Shown: positions 51,088 through 64,000 of the stretch, piece by piece
How positions within the stretch are numbered: the first letter of the stretch is position 1
Layout of the letters: every line of letters begins with the position of its first letter
Origin: Octopus sinensis
Taxonomy: Eukaryota
Assembly: GCF_006345805.1 (NCBI RefSeq)
Contig: NC_042999.1
Location: forward strand, 152,768,001-152,832,000
Length of the DNA: 64,000 bases
Reading direction: 5' to 3'
The notes under the pieces: generated by a model
What the model saw: the letters and a program-made list of their open reading frames with translations, nothing else
Database searches by the model: none
Told to the model about the DNA's origin: nothing
Position numbers and translations under genes: made by a program

Positions 51088-51133
51088 TCATCACTGAGGA
51101 GACGAATTCAGGTCGAGACTCTGTGTCTGGTGA
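51088..51133 (+). ncRNA. Degenerate type I hammerhead
   Basis: TCATCA CTGAGGA GAC GAATTCAG GTC GAG ACTCTGTGT C TGGTGA. GUC site, A14G change. A diverged paralog lies at 50485. Confidence 0.5.
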
Positions 51134-51270
51134 TCCATAGGTGTTCTGAGCCAAACTTTGTGTTATTAACAATTTTCTTCGTGAAGTTTCTCTGAGACAA
51201 AATACTGCAGAAAATGCTATTCCACGTTTGTAAGCGCATTATAAATCTGTAAGAAGCTTGCTTAAGGACC

Positions 51271-51652
51271 GTGGTAAGAAGCTTGCTTACGAACTACATG
51301 GTTCTGGGTTCAGTCCCACTGCGTGGTACCTTCGGCAAGTGTCTTCTACTGTAGCCTCGGGCCAACCAAAGCCTTGTGAGTGGATTTTGTAGACGGAAAC
51401 TGAAAGAAGCCCGTCGTATATATGTATATGTATGTGCATGTATGTTTGTATGTCTGTGTTTGTCCCTCCAACGTCGCTTGACAACCGATGCTGGTGTGTT
51501 TACCTCCTCGTAACTTAGCGGTTCAGCAAAAGTTACCGATAGAATAAGTTCTAGGCTTACAAAGAATAAGTCCTGGGGTCGATGTGCTCGACTAAAGGCG
51601 GTGCTTCAGCATGGCCATAGTCAAATGACTGAAACAAGTAAAAGAGTAAAAA
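51271..51652 (+). mobile_element. OK-like SINE
   Basis: Collinear with 56139-56555. Confidence 0.88.
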
Positions 51653-51796
51653 GAGAGAGCATACCGGTATTTTACTTCATATAACAACCATCTCTAAGAG
51701 TCTCAAAAGGACATAATCATAATATTTGAATAATTTTGAGTTGATTCGTTAGACGGAAACTAAAAGAAGCCTTTCGTATATATATAGGCATATTAT

Positions 51797-51975
51797 AGGG
51801 AGAATTCACAAAAAACCACTCGAAGACAGGTTGTGTAGACAACAAACAAATGTATTAGTATAACGCTCGGGAAGTGAAAAATTCTTTAACGTTTCGAGCC
51901 TACGCTCTTTCACAAAAAAGGAACACAGAAAGAAACAAGGAGAGAAAATAAAGAATGTGTAGTGGCTAGCGATCT
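51797..51975 (-). mobile_element. Short repeat with a hammerhead relic (GAAACGT family)
   Basis: TTTAACGTTTCGAGCCTACGCTCTTTCAC at about 51885-51913. Confidence 0.7.
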
Positions 51976-52511
51976 ATGTATGTATTTGTAAGTTCATGTG
52001 TGTGTGTGTGTGTGTGTGTGGTGTGGCTGTCTCCCTCTCGCCGCCTTACAATCGTGTTGGAGGTGTTTACGTTCCCGTAACTTAGCGGTTCTGCAAAAAA
52101 AAAACCGATAGAATAAGTACCAAACTTTAAAAACAAAAGAAATAAGTGCTGGGGCTGATTCACTCGCCCAAACATTTTTCAAGGTGGTGCCCCAGATGGG
52201 CGTAGTCTAATAACTAAAACAAGGAAAAGATAAAAAGATTATGTTATCGACTTCAGAACGATGAAAGACTGGTAATAAGAATGAGATTTGAACTCGAAAC
52301 GTAATAATACGAAAGTAAATACCGCAAGGCATTTTGTCCTCCGTATTACTGGTTCCGTCATGTACCGCCATATTCTGCAGAGCTAATCTTAATGATTTCT
52401 TTTATGCTGGTAGAAGACCAATATTTATTGTGGGAAGAAAATATATTCTACTTATTGGGTGACTCTCAACCAATCTTCGTCTTCTACAGATATTTATCGT
52501 ATTAAGTATAG

Positions 52512-52560
<49 letters not shown>

Positions 52561-53067
52561 GAAGAGAGAGAGGTGGAAATAGCATTCGCCAGCAGATTCC
52601 AATACACCAAACTAGCGGAATGGATTCATTTAATAAAGTTTGAATGGAGAAGTAGATAAAGACACGGAATTACATGTTTTCCAATGAACGAAAGTGATTT
52701 GTTTTTTATCGAGTATCAACTGGAGAACTGAAGCAATGATTAACTGCTGTGTAATAGTGGCGAATGTGTCTTTGTTGGAACAACAATACCAAACATACTA
52801 TTTAATTCATAAGAATAAATAATAAATCAGTAAAGAACATAATATGAAGCAGTAAAACATCTCGTGTTTTGAGGAACACATATATAACAGACCATAAAAA
52901 ATGAAAATCATCTTCCGCCATATAAGAAAGAGTTATGGACAATAACACATATCCAATGAAGAGAAGATCGTAAGAAGAATCCATGGTAACTAAAATTTTC
53001 ATATCAATGCCATGACGTGGTAATCAACGCAATGATGCTGAAGATTCCGGAAGAGAATCCTTTTACT

Positions 53068-53382
53068 GGCATTCCGTCGGTTACGACGACGAGGGTTCCA
53101 GTTGATCCGATCAACGGAACAGCCTGCTCGTGAAATTAAGGCGTAAGTGGCTGAGCAATCCACAGACACGTGTATCCTTAACGTAGTTCTCAGGGAGATT
53201 CAGCGTGGCACAGAGTGTGGCAAGGCTGCTCCTTTGGAATACAGATACTCATTTTTGCCAGTTGAGTGGACTGGAGCAACGTGAAATAAAGTGTCTTGCT
53301 CAAGAGCACAACGCCTCGCCGGGAATTGAACTCACGATTGTAAGGTTGTAAGTTCGATGCCCTAACCATTAAGCCATGCGCC
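53068..53382 (-). mobile_element. tRNA-derived SINE with an OR1-like tail and a different head and core
   Basis: Head GGCGCATGGCTTAATGGTTAGGG, core TTGAGCAAGACAC...TTGCTCCAGTCCACTC, tail shared with 19160-19300. Confidence 0.85.
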
Positions 53383-54131
53383 AGGAGTATAATTTAATCG
53401 GGATTGAGCATTTCAAATGCGTAAGAAGTTTAGGGATTAACAACAAAACCAGCATCGAAGGGTCCTCATTCATGCAGTAAGACAGAAATTGGAAAAAGAA
53501 AAGAGCTTCTTTACTTTTCTTCTTCCTTCTCTTTTCAAAACTTAATCGTATCTAATTGTTAATATGCCCCAATGTTACCGAGCTTTCGGTCATGTGTGAT
53601 TTTCATGAAATTCATCAAATATTTGAACTATCCATGTGAAAATTTATTGAATATTGGAATTTGTATGAAGATTTGGTCTTCTAAACATGCTTTTCTGAAT
53701 TTTCCCTTGTATCTTCAATCTCTCCTAAACTTATTTTCCCATTTAACACTGAAAAACAAAAAAAAAAAAAACACAGGGGATAATATCGATGTTGCATGGA
53801 CAACGGCCAGACCACGAAAGAAAGAAGAGGCTTGGCCGAACGCCGGTCACGTGGAAAGCGAAGAGAGAGAAGTAGAAGCAAAGGGACAGAAAAATTAAGG
53901 AGGGGCGAGAAAAATGACAGGGACAAAGTGAAGTGAAAAGAGGAGGGAAAGTGAGCAAGAAAAGAAGGCAAAGAAATGTGAGAGAGGGGAAACGAAAGAA
54001 CGAAGAGTGGAATGAACGAATAAGCGTGAAAGGGCTGATAGACAGAAATAGAGTTGTACAAGATTTTGAAAAATGTATACTTATATATAAGAGACTAAAG
54101 TGTACGTACGCCAAATATATAAATATATATA

Positions 54132-54163
<32 letters not shown>

Positions 54164-54649
54164 ATGCAAAATGGGACAATAATACAAAACATCCGGACAG
54201 TTAGGTGATACAAAAATGGGACAACAAAACATCCAGATACACGATACAAAGAAAACAAGGACGGGCCATTGGAAGTTTTCTTTCCTCAGTCAAGTACCAG
54301 ATTATCTTCTCAATTTCGGCTGATTATACTTGAGATTGCTCCAATCTGGTCATATATATATCTATATCTATATCTATAGGGAGGAGATTAAAGGAGAGGA
54401 GTGGGGAGGAGATTAAAGGAGAGGAGTGAAAATATGAATCACAACAGACAACTATGAAAACATCAATGCGTAAACGTGACAGACTCGATAAAGTCAATAT
54501 TTCCCAAATTGGGAAATCGAACAATGGAGCAAGTTTTGTAATAAGACAGATCGGTGAATAGATTTGTAAATACTCTAATGAAGAACAATAGAAAATAATG
54601 TTGTTTTTTTTATTTGAAATGTAAGCGTTGAATAAGCGAAATGTAAATA

Positions 54650-55215
54650 TTGGGCTGTCCGGAAAGTTCGTGCCGATTTTTAAAGGAAAGAAAAAGGTCA
54701 ATAAATACTTGCCATTATATTTTTAATCAACTAAATATGAACCATTTTGTTGCACAATGCGTCTCCATCTTTCCTTTAACTTGTAAATACCATCTTCCCA
54801 GAAGTGAGGTGGTTTCCTGGCAAAGAATTCATCAAGGTATGTTTTTACGTCATCCAAGGAATTAAAATTTTTACCTTTAAGACTATTCTGCAGAGACCTG
54901 AATAAGTGGAAATCCGAAGGAGCAACATCTGGTGAATATGGAGGATGGGGTAACACATCGCAGACGAGCTGCAGCAATTTTTGTCTGGTTCTCAAAGCAT
55001 CAAGTGTCGAAAATGAACTTTCTTATCTTCCATTTTAAAGGGTTATAGAATTAACAATGGTTGTAGGAACATAAACCTTCTTCCACGAAAAGATAGCTTA
55101 AACTGTGCTCTAAATAGAGGTGTAGTCAAATCCTATTTTATGGACTCAACCATGTTCTAAAATAAGTCGAAAGGTAAACTACTGTAAATCGGCACGAACT
55201 TTCCGGACAACCCAA
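54650..55215 (-). mobile_element. Internally deleted mariner (DD34D-type) element, 566 bp
   Basis: 30-bp TIRs at 54650-54679 and 55186-55215 (29/30), TA at 54648-54649. ORF 54723-54995 carries HPPYSPDVAPSDFHLF. Confidence 0.92.
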
Positions 55216-55479
55216 CACAATGTATGGATATAAAAAATCAAAAATAAATAATGAAACTGAAGTAATAGTCACAGCATCACAGAGATAATGATGTAATTAA
55301 ACCGAATGAATTTCTCAACATTAGTTTGTTAATGGCTTAGTAAATCAGTGGATGTGCCAATGAAAAATTTCAGGGTCCCTCTGAGTATTCGGAGGGATGG
55401 AATGAAATAGCAATTTACTCTAAAGCCCGCAACAAAGTAGCATAAAGCATAAATCCCCCTACGGAGTCAAACAGATTCA

Positions 55480-55698
55480 TTGGGTCGTTTTCCTAATTTC
55501 TGGGACTTATATATTCTCCACCTGGTCAAGACACCTGTCTTTCGCAGGAGCACTCGCTTATGCCAGCTGACTGGATTGCAGCTACGAAGACTGAAGTACT
55601 TTGCTTAAAAACACAGCGCGTTGCACTGTCCAGGAATTGAAATCACAATTTTACGATCATGAATCCAACACCCTAACCACCAAACCATGCGCCTCCAC
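55480..55698 (-). mobile_element. tRNA-derived SINE, same family as 13985-14234, diverged
   Basis: Ends CCCTAACCACCAAACCATGCGCCTCCAC; collinear with the 14.0-14.2 kb copy. Confidence 0.65.
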
Positions 55699-56138
55699 AA
55701 AGATCTGCGGCAAAGTGAACTCCAATAAAGTTACTTAAGAGTTATACAGTTGTATTAAACCGGGCGATGGATTGAGAATGTAACATAATGTGCGTGTTGT
55801 GAGGCTATTCAAAAGTTCAATGCTTCATGGCAACTGTTAGTTTCATCCCGGGCGGTAATCTTCAGAACGTGAAATTTTTTTGTATATATGTGATTAAGAC
55901 TTTTTATTATGCTCCAATGAATCTCAGTCTCTCAAACAATAATTCACACCTGTCCTATTTCCATGTTAACACTTGCTTTCATATGCTAACCCCGATGACT
56001 TCCAAATTAAAAGTATCTACCTATTATTAGCAGGTAATTCTGTAGAGGAGTTTCCTGCAAGTTCCGTTTACCAAATTTCATTCAGATGGCTTTGGTTGAT
56101 CCGAAGCTATTTGAATATCAGGAAAGACATTTACAAAA

Positions 56139-56309
56139 GGCGCAGGAGTGGCTGTGTGGTAAGTAGCTTGTTTACCAACCACATGGTTCCGGGTTCAGTC
56201 CCACTGCGTGGCACCTTGGGCAAGTGTCTTCTACTATAGCCTCGGGCCGACCAAAGCCTTGTGAATGGATTTGGTAGACGGAAACTGAAAGAAGCCTGTC
56301 ATATATATG

Positions 56310-56348
<39 letters not shown>

Positions 56349-56555
56349 TTGTGTGTCTGTGTTTGTCCCCCCAACATCGCTTGACAACCGATGCTGGTGT
56401 GTTTACGTCCCCGTAACTTAGCAGTTCGGCAAAAGAGACCGATAGAATAAGGCTTACAAAGAATAAGTCCTGAGGTCGATTTGCTCGACTAAAGGCGGTG
56501 CTCCAGCATGGCCGCAGTCAAATGACTGAAACAAGTGGAAGATAGTAAAAGAGTA
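56139..56555 (+). mobile_element. OK-like SINE, full length
   Basis: GGCGCAGGAGTGGCTGTGTGGT head, GGTTCAGTCCC B-box-like motif, internal (TA)/(GT) tract, AAAAGAGTA tail. Confidence 0.92.
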
Positions 56556-57155
56556 AGGTAACTCGCAATGGGATTGAACCGGAAATTACGCAGTGGCAAT
56601 GTGAAATACTTAATCACACACAACCATGCTTTGTAAATGTGATCAGAGGATCATTAATACGCAGAAATAAGGGTGGGGAGGGGCAACAGATGATACGGGA
56701 ATACATGAGTACTGCAATATATATAAAAAAAAGGCAATCTAAAAAAAGACAATAATCTATGGTTTATGTGACACGCATGTCTAAGGCGAAACATAGAACT
56801 ACTACGAACAAAAGGCATTAAAATTAGAATTTCAGATTCCAATGTGATCAGAACATATATATAGAGAGAACAAACAATTATATATAATTGCAAATAAAAT
56901 AACAAAATAATTTGTTTGATCGTTCACGTGATGTTCATTGGGAAATATTCGGTTAGAAACTCAAGATGAAAAAGACTGGCATTGGTTGAAGTCTGAGAAG
57001 ATTTGATGAGGCAACGGAGACTAAAGCAATTTTGTTGATTATTGTTGTTTTAGAAAGGTTTAGAGAGATAATAAAAATGTGCGCGTACACAGATGCATAC
57101 GTAGATATTTTAAGTATATGGATGGATGTGCGCATACAGACTAAAGCACATGTCA

Positions 57156-57209
<54 letters not shown>

Positions 57210-57358
57210 GAAAGATAATAAAACTTATATAGATATTTAATATGGCCTTCAGTCATGAAATTCCGTTAGAATATTTGAAATTACTGTGGAAAAGAGGGAA
57301 AGTATCATACATATATAAAAACAGTATATGGATAGTGCGCATGTAGATATATATATAT

Positions 57359-57457
<99 letters not shown>

Positions 57458-57696
57458 CATATATAGTGTTACATATATATATGTGTATATATATATATTA
57501 TATATATAATATATATATATATATATTTTATTTATTATATATATACAATCACATATATATATATCACGTAATATACAGGCACGCATATATAGATAAATAT
57601 ACGTATATATGTATGTGTGCATAGATAGATATGGATATATATGTATCAATATTTATATCTATCTATCTATATATATCTATATATATATATAATATA

Positions 57697-57739
<43 letters not shown>

Positions 57740-58045
57740 CATATTAACATGCATATATCTTCATATACATACATGCGTACGTACATTCATACAGGTATGC
57801 ATAACAAGAACAATAGTGACAGTGACTTCGAAGTTTCGTCCAGTTAGGCCATTACCAAATCCACTCACAAGGCTTTGATCGGCCTGTGGCTATAGTAGAA
57901 GACACTTACTCAAGATGCCACGCAATGGGACTGAAACCAGAACTATGTGGTTGGTAAGCCAGCTACTTACCACACCGTCATATATACATATATATACACA
58001 CATACACACACATACATATATATTTATATATATTTATGTATGTAA

Positions 58046-58091
<46 letters not shown>

Positions 58092-58116
58092 TCACACACA
58101 CACACACACACACACA

Positions 58117-58164
<48 letters not shown>

Positions 58165-58165
58165 A

Positions 58166-58384
58166 TTTCTTTACTACCCACAAGGGGCTAAACGCAGAGG
58201 GGACAAACGAGGACAGACAAACGGATTAAGTCGATTATATCGACTCCAGTGCGTAACTGGTACATAATTTATCGACCCCGAAAGGATGAAAGGCAACGTC
58301 GACCACGGCGGAATTTGAACCCAGAACGTAACGACAGACGAAATACGGCTACGCATTTCGCCCGGCGTGCTAACGTTTCTGCCA
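58166..58384 (-). mobile_element. OR2-like SINE
   Basis: Reverse complement of the 44784-45013 family. Confidence 0.88.
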
Positions 58385-58981
58385 TATATATATATATGCA
58401 TGTATGTATGTATAGTGGAAAATTAAAATGAAGTGCGGACATTAAGTTAAAATTAAAGAAGGACAGAGAGAAAGAGAGGGAGAGAGAGAGAGAGAGCGAG
58501 GAAGAATGAAAGAAATCGAACGAAAGAACGATTAAAAAAACGAAAAGAAAGAATCAAAATTGAGCGGTGAAGATAGAGAGAACAAGTGAAAGAAAGAGAA
58601 GAATGAATGATTAGGAATCACAATATTGCGAACAATGTCAAAGGAGAAGAAGAAGAAAAGAAGAAGAAAAAGTAGGACATGGAGGAGGAGATAGATAGAG
58701 ATAGAGATAGAAAGAGAGAGAGAGAGAGAGAAAGAGAGAGTGCGTCGGGGGGAGGAGGAGGATAAACCTTATGATCAATTACCAAACAAACGCTTCTTTG
58801 ATTGAAACATTTAACGAGAGGGTGTACAGTGCGTACATATGCGCGCTAGTGTGTGTGTGTGTGTGTGCATATGTGTGTGCATGTGTGTTTATTGGCGGGA
58901 GAGATAGTGTGTATTGATCTGTGTTAATATGTGTATCACTGTGTGTGGTGTTGTCTTTGAACGTGTTTGTGTGTCTGTATA

Positions 58982-59358
58982 CTCTTTTTACTCTTTTACT
59001 TGTTTCAGTCATTTGACTGCGGCCATGCTGGAGCACCGCCTTTAGTCGAGCAAATCGACCCTGGGACTTATTCTTTGTAAGCCCAGTACTTATCCTATCG
59101 GTCTCTTTTGCCGAATCGCTAAGTGACGGGGACGTAAACACACCAGAGGGACAAACACAGACACACAAACATATACACACACATACATATACATACATAT
59201 ATACGACAGGCTTCTTTCAGTTTCCGTCTACCAAATCCACTCAGAAGGCTTTGGTCGGCCCGAGGCTATAGCAGAAGACACTTGCCCAAGATGCCACGCA
59301 GTGGGACTGAACCCGGAACCATGTGGTTGGTTAGCAAGCTACTTACCACACAGCCACT
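58982..59358 (-). mobile_element. OK-like SINE, followed by an OR2-like 5' fragment (59359-59431, minus)
   Basis: Direct match to both families. Confidence 0.88.
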
Positions 59359-59474
59359 CAGAACGTAACGGCAGACGAAATACTGCTAAGTATTTCGCCC
59401 GGCGTGCTAACGTTTCTGCCAGCTCGCCGCCTTATGCTTTTGTATTTATGTATGTATCTATGTGTATGTGTGAA

Positions 59475-59803
59475 GGCGCATGGCTCAGTGGTTAGAGCGT
59501 CGAGCTTACGATCGTGAGGTTGCGAGTTCGAATCCAGAACCGGGCTGCGTGTTGTGTTCTTGAGCAAGAAACTATTTCACGTTGCTCCAGTTCACTCAGC
59601 TGTAGAAATGAGTTGCGACGTCACACGTGCCAAGCTGTATCGGCCTTTGCCTTTCCCTTGGATAACCCTGGTGGCGTGGAGAGGGAAGGCTGATATGCAT
59701 GGGTGACTGCTGGTCTTCCATAGTCAACCTTGCTCGGACGTGTGCCTGGGAGGGTAACTTTCTAGGTGCAATCCCATGGTCACTCATGACCGAAGTGGGT
59801 CTC
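59475..59803 (+). mobile_element. tRNA-derived SINE (GGCGCATGGCTCAGTGG head)
   Basis: A box TGGCTCAGTGG, B box GAGTTCGAATCC, core TTGAGCAAG...TTGCTCCAG. Confidence 0.82.
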
Positions 59804-59939
59804 AATATCTACCTGTATGTGGTGAGTAATGCCTGTTCGAATGTGTTGGTAGGTTTGTTAGTACGTTTATACTGGACTATTTGCGTATGTAAGCGAAAGT
59901 GGCGGAATGTATGTACATGTATGTTAGTACATTATTAGT

Positions 59940-62085
59940 ATGTGTGTATGTATATTTGTATATGTGACTGTTTTAATATTTATGCATATTATGTCTATAT
60001 TTAAGAGAGCGAGAGACAGACAGACAGACAGACAAACAGAGAGATTGTGTGTATGTGTGTGCATATATGTGTGTGTGTACGTGTATGTTCGAGTGTGTGT
60101 GTGCGTGTATGGTGTGTGTGTGCGTGTATGCGTGTGCGTGTATGTGTGCACATGTATGCGTGTGCGCTTGTATATGTGTGTGCGTGTATGTGTGTGTTTG
60201 TGTGTGTTTGTCTGTGTAGGTGCGTGTATGTGTGTGCGTGTGTGTATATGTGTCCATGCGTGTGTATGTGTGTGTGTATGTGTATGAGTGTGTGTATGTA
60301 TGTGTGCTTGTGTGTGTGTGTGTATGCGTGTATACGTGTGTTAGTGTGTGTGCGTGTATGTATGAGAGTATGTGTGTGTATGTACGTGTATGTGTATGTG
60401 TGCATGTATGTCTGTGTATGCGTGTGCGTGTGTGTATGTGTCAGTGTGTGTGCGTGTGTGTGTGTGTGCGTGTGAGCGTATATATGTAAGTCAATTAGTG
60501 TGAATCTAGATTTCCAATAATGTAATTTTGTTGAACTCATGTTTTCCCTAATTATACTGTGGCCATACTGCAGCACCACCTTGCAGAGTAAAGTGGAGTC
60601 TCTCTCTCTTTCTCTTTATCTCTCTTCATGTGTGTGTGTATGAGTATATCTCTTACCTTTAATCTTTTACATCTTTCAGTCATTAGACTGCGGCCATGCC
60701 ACAGTACTGCCTTGAAGAATCTTAGTCGAGCGAATCATTTGACAGCAGCCATGCTGGAGCATCGCCTTTAGTCGAACAACCCCCCCCCCGGAGTTATTCT
60801 TTGACAGCAGCCATGCTGGAGCATCGCCTTTAGTCGAAAAAATCGCCCCCCTGGAGTTATTCTTTGTAAGCCTAGTACGTAATCTATAGGTTTCTTTTCC
60901 CGAAGAGCTAAATTACAGTATGTGTATGTGCGCGTGTGTGTGCGTGTGCCAGTGTGTGTGCGTGTGTGTGTGCGTGTGAGTGCGTGTGTATTTGAGTGCG
61001 TGTATATGTGTGTGCGTGTATGCGTGTGCGTGTATGTGTGCACATGTATGCGTGTGCGCTTGTATATGTGTGTGCGTGTATGTATGTGCGTGTATGTGTG
61101 TGTTTGTGTGTGTTTGTCTGTGTAGGTGTGTGTATGTGTGTGCATGTGTGTATACGTGTACATGCGTGTGTATGTGTGTGTGTATGTGTATGAGTGTGTG
61201 TATGTGTGTGTGCTTGTGTGTGTGTGTATGCGTGTATACGTGTGTAAGTGCGTGTGCGTGTGTGTATGAGAGTATGTGTGTGTATGTACGTGTATGTGTA
61301 TGTGTGCGTGTATGTCTGTGTATGCGTGTGCGTGTGTGTATGTATGTGTGTGTGTGTATGTGTCTGTGTGTGTGTATGTGTCTGTGTGTGTGCGTGTGTG
61401 TGTGTGTGTGTGCGTGTGAGTGTATATATGTAAGTCAATTAGTGTGAATCTAGATTTCCAATAAAATAATTCTGTTGAACTCTTGTTTTCCCTAATTATA
61501 CTGTGGCCATACTGCAGCACCACCTTGCAGCGTAAAGTGGAGTCTCTCTCTCTTTCTCTTTATCTCTCTTCATGTGTGTGTGTGTATGAGTATATCTCTT
61601 ACCTTTAATCTTTTACATCTTTCAGTCATTAGACTGCGGCCATGCTACAGTATTGCCTTGAAGAATCTTAGTCGAGCGAATCAACGTCTTTTCTCAAGAG
61701 ACCTAAACACACATACATTTGTGTATATACCAATACACTTTTATTCTTTTTCTTGTTTCAGTCATTTGACTGCAGCCATGCTGGAGCATCGCCTTTAGTC
61801 GAACAAACCCCCCCCCCCCGGAGTTATTCTTTGTAAGCCTAGTACGTAATCTATAGGTTTCTTTTCCCGAAGAACTAAATCACAGTATGTGTATGCGCGC
61901 GTGTGTGTGTGCGTGTGCCAGTGTGTGTGCATGTGTGTGCGCGTATGAGTGCGTGTGTGTGTGTGTGTGTGCGTATGTGTGTGCGTATGTCCATGTGTGC
62001 GTGTGTGTGCGCGTGTGAGTGCGTGTGTGTGCGTGTGAGTGTATATATGTAAGTCAATTAGTGTGATTTTAGATTTCCAATAACG
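59940..62085. repeat. Local tandem duplication of a cryptic-microsatellite plus SINE-fragment composite
   Basis: TATATGTAAGTCAATTAGTGTGA at 60481, 61425 and 62044. The block 60478-60737 matches 61423-61683. A 62-bp duplication occurs at 60739/60801. Confidence 0.85.
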
Positions 62086-62213
62086 GTTGTCAAGCGATGG
62101 TGGGGGTGGGGGTGAATATAGGCATAAATATACAGACAAATACATACATACTTTTACATATATACATATACACAGACACACACACACATACATACACACA
62201 CCCACACACACAC

Positions 62214-62257
<44 letters not shown>

Positions 62258-62456
62258 GACGGGCTACTTTCAGTCTCCGTCTGCCAGATCCACTTACAAC
62301 GCTTTGGTTGGCCCGAAGCTACAGTAGAAGACACTTACCGAAGGTGCCACGCAGTGGGACTGAACCCGGAACCATGAGGTTGGGAAGCAAACTTCTTACC
62401 ACATACCCACACCGCTCACTATGAAACATACGTAGCCCGGATCTTATTCACTCCAT

Positions 62457-63489
62457 TCCTATATATATAAAACTGAGAATGCGTGTCTGTCTGTCTGTCT
62501 GTGTGTTTCCCTAAAACTTGAGAACTGCACAACCAATTTCATTCAAATTTTACACATGCCTTACTTAGGGTCCGGGGAGTGTCATCGGCAAAACAAATAT
62601 TCAACTTCTTGCCTAGGGCGAGCCCGCAGCAATATCATATCTTCTCCACTATTTCAGTATTACGTGTTAAAAGTGAAACAAAAACATTTCTCTATTTTAT
62701 GTCAGATACTTTCACTTTAACAATAAAAATAATAATAACAATTGAATTATATGTAGTAAGTAATAATTAAAATCAAACTAAAGTATAATATAATCGTAAC
62801 ATAACAAAAGTAAAAATAGCAATTGGTATAAAATTGCATCAATGACTTGAACTTGAATAAGTGGTTTCACATGAATGGGAATAAATTAAAAACAAGATTA
62901 GCGTGCAGAAATGGAATAGTCCAGATGGATAATAAAAAATTAAATTAAAGAAAAGACTATTGTCTATAAAGTATACAATGTAGAGAAAAAAGATTTGAAC
63001 ACCTGGAGGAAAGCACCATCGAAAAGTGTCTTGGTGCGACTATGAAAGATATATAACCAGAGGCGGTAAATTCGCCACGATAGGAGCAAGGTTCGAGTCA
63101 ACGGAGCGTGCAAGGGAGTACTCGACTCGAACTTGCAAAGTGGAAATATTTTATTTTTACCTTTATATCTGGGATGTAGGACGTCCCGGATAAAAATTTT
63201 AAATGCCCCCCCCCCAGAAGTTGGGGTAGGCTGGATTGTAGCCTCACTTCTATAGAAGAGGGAGGACAAGATACAATTGATCGAAATTGCAAGAGACGGG
63301 CTTACAATTCCAGTCTGTTATATATTTTGAGTATTGTTATCACTAGCGATATCGAGATATATCTTTTGTATTTTGTATTTTATGTGTAGATGTATATTAC
63401 ATGTACATGTAATATGTACACATATATATATATACACATATATACATGCACTTGCACTATGACCCGGCAACGACGGGTCATAATGCTAT
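62457..63489 (+). mobile_element. Non-autonomous Helitron (diverged ends)
   Basis: 5' TC(C)TATATATATAAAA followed by a (GTCT)n tract; 3' hairpin GACCCG-GCAACGA-CGGGTC (63461-63479) then CTAT instead of CTAG. Confidence 0.6.
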
Positions 63490-64000
63490 ATATATATAAA
63501 ATTAATTCATAAATCTCAGGGTAGCAAAAAAATATAGAAAAATTCTTTGCTACCAGTGGTCTACCGAAAAGAAAAAATTAGTCAATAGACTATATATTAT
63601 TCATAGAAAAATACAGTGTATATTTAAACACATAAGAGATGACCATAATAGGACATCTGGCTCACTAGAAAGAGCAGTTAAAGTCCAAACCACTAATAGA
63701 TGTAATTCTGAAAGGGAATGAAAATTAGAAACGTTTACCCTATCTTTCCTGGACTATGCATAATTTCGGCAATCTTTAAATGCAGAGTAGTCCTCAGCTG
63801 CATAAATACATAGAATTACATTAAATTTTAAAAAGATGGACTCAGTAGTATAGTTTTACCTGAAACCTCCAAGAAAGTAAGGAGATAGACAAAGAACATG
63901 CTGTCTTCACTTCAGCTTAGACGCTACTAAGGTATCAGGAAGAAAGATCTAACTTGTCATTGTTTTTTGGGGTCGGTTTTAATTTATAGTCTGGTTTATC

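Noticed and set aside
59475-59550. tRNA genes at SINE heads (also 18902, 53382, 56139)
   Set aside because: A/B boxes are present but there is no complete cloverleaf, and each continues into a SINE body.

Overview
Repeat-saturated, AT-rich animal genomic DNA. It is most likely octopus, judged from tRNA-derived SINE families that resemble OK/OR1/OR2 as I recall them and from extreme microsatellite density. No host protein-coding gene is convincingly supported; nearly all listed ORFs are microsatellite translations. There is a 100-N gap at 28744-28843. The centrepiece is 35.1-42.5 kb. First, a fold-back tandem array of near-identical ~477-bp units (4 full forward units, ~2.5 inverted), each carrying a type I hammerhead ribozyme (CUGAUGA...GAAA, palindromic stem III): a candidate retrozyme/circRNA locus. 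Second, abutting it, a near-intact Penelope-like retroelement (RT + GIY-YIG, probably Naiad clade) with a 1.18-kb inverted 3' copy and hammerhead-like pLTRs. The same head-to-head architecture, with 3' ends facing out into (TA)n, recurs in miniature at 8.5, 11.8, 25.7 and 28.6 kb, and about 20 hammerhead or hammerhead-relic motifs occur window-wide. Other elements: a full-length but decayed DD36E (Incomer-like) Tc1 transposon, an internally deleted mariner, two non-autonomous Helitrons, an Academ-like MITE, RTE/CR1-L2/Neptune fragments and many SINEs. All alignments and folds were done by eye.
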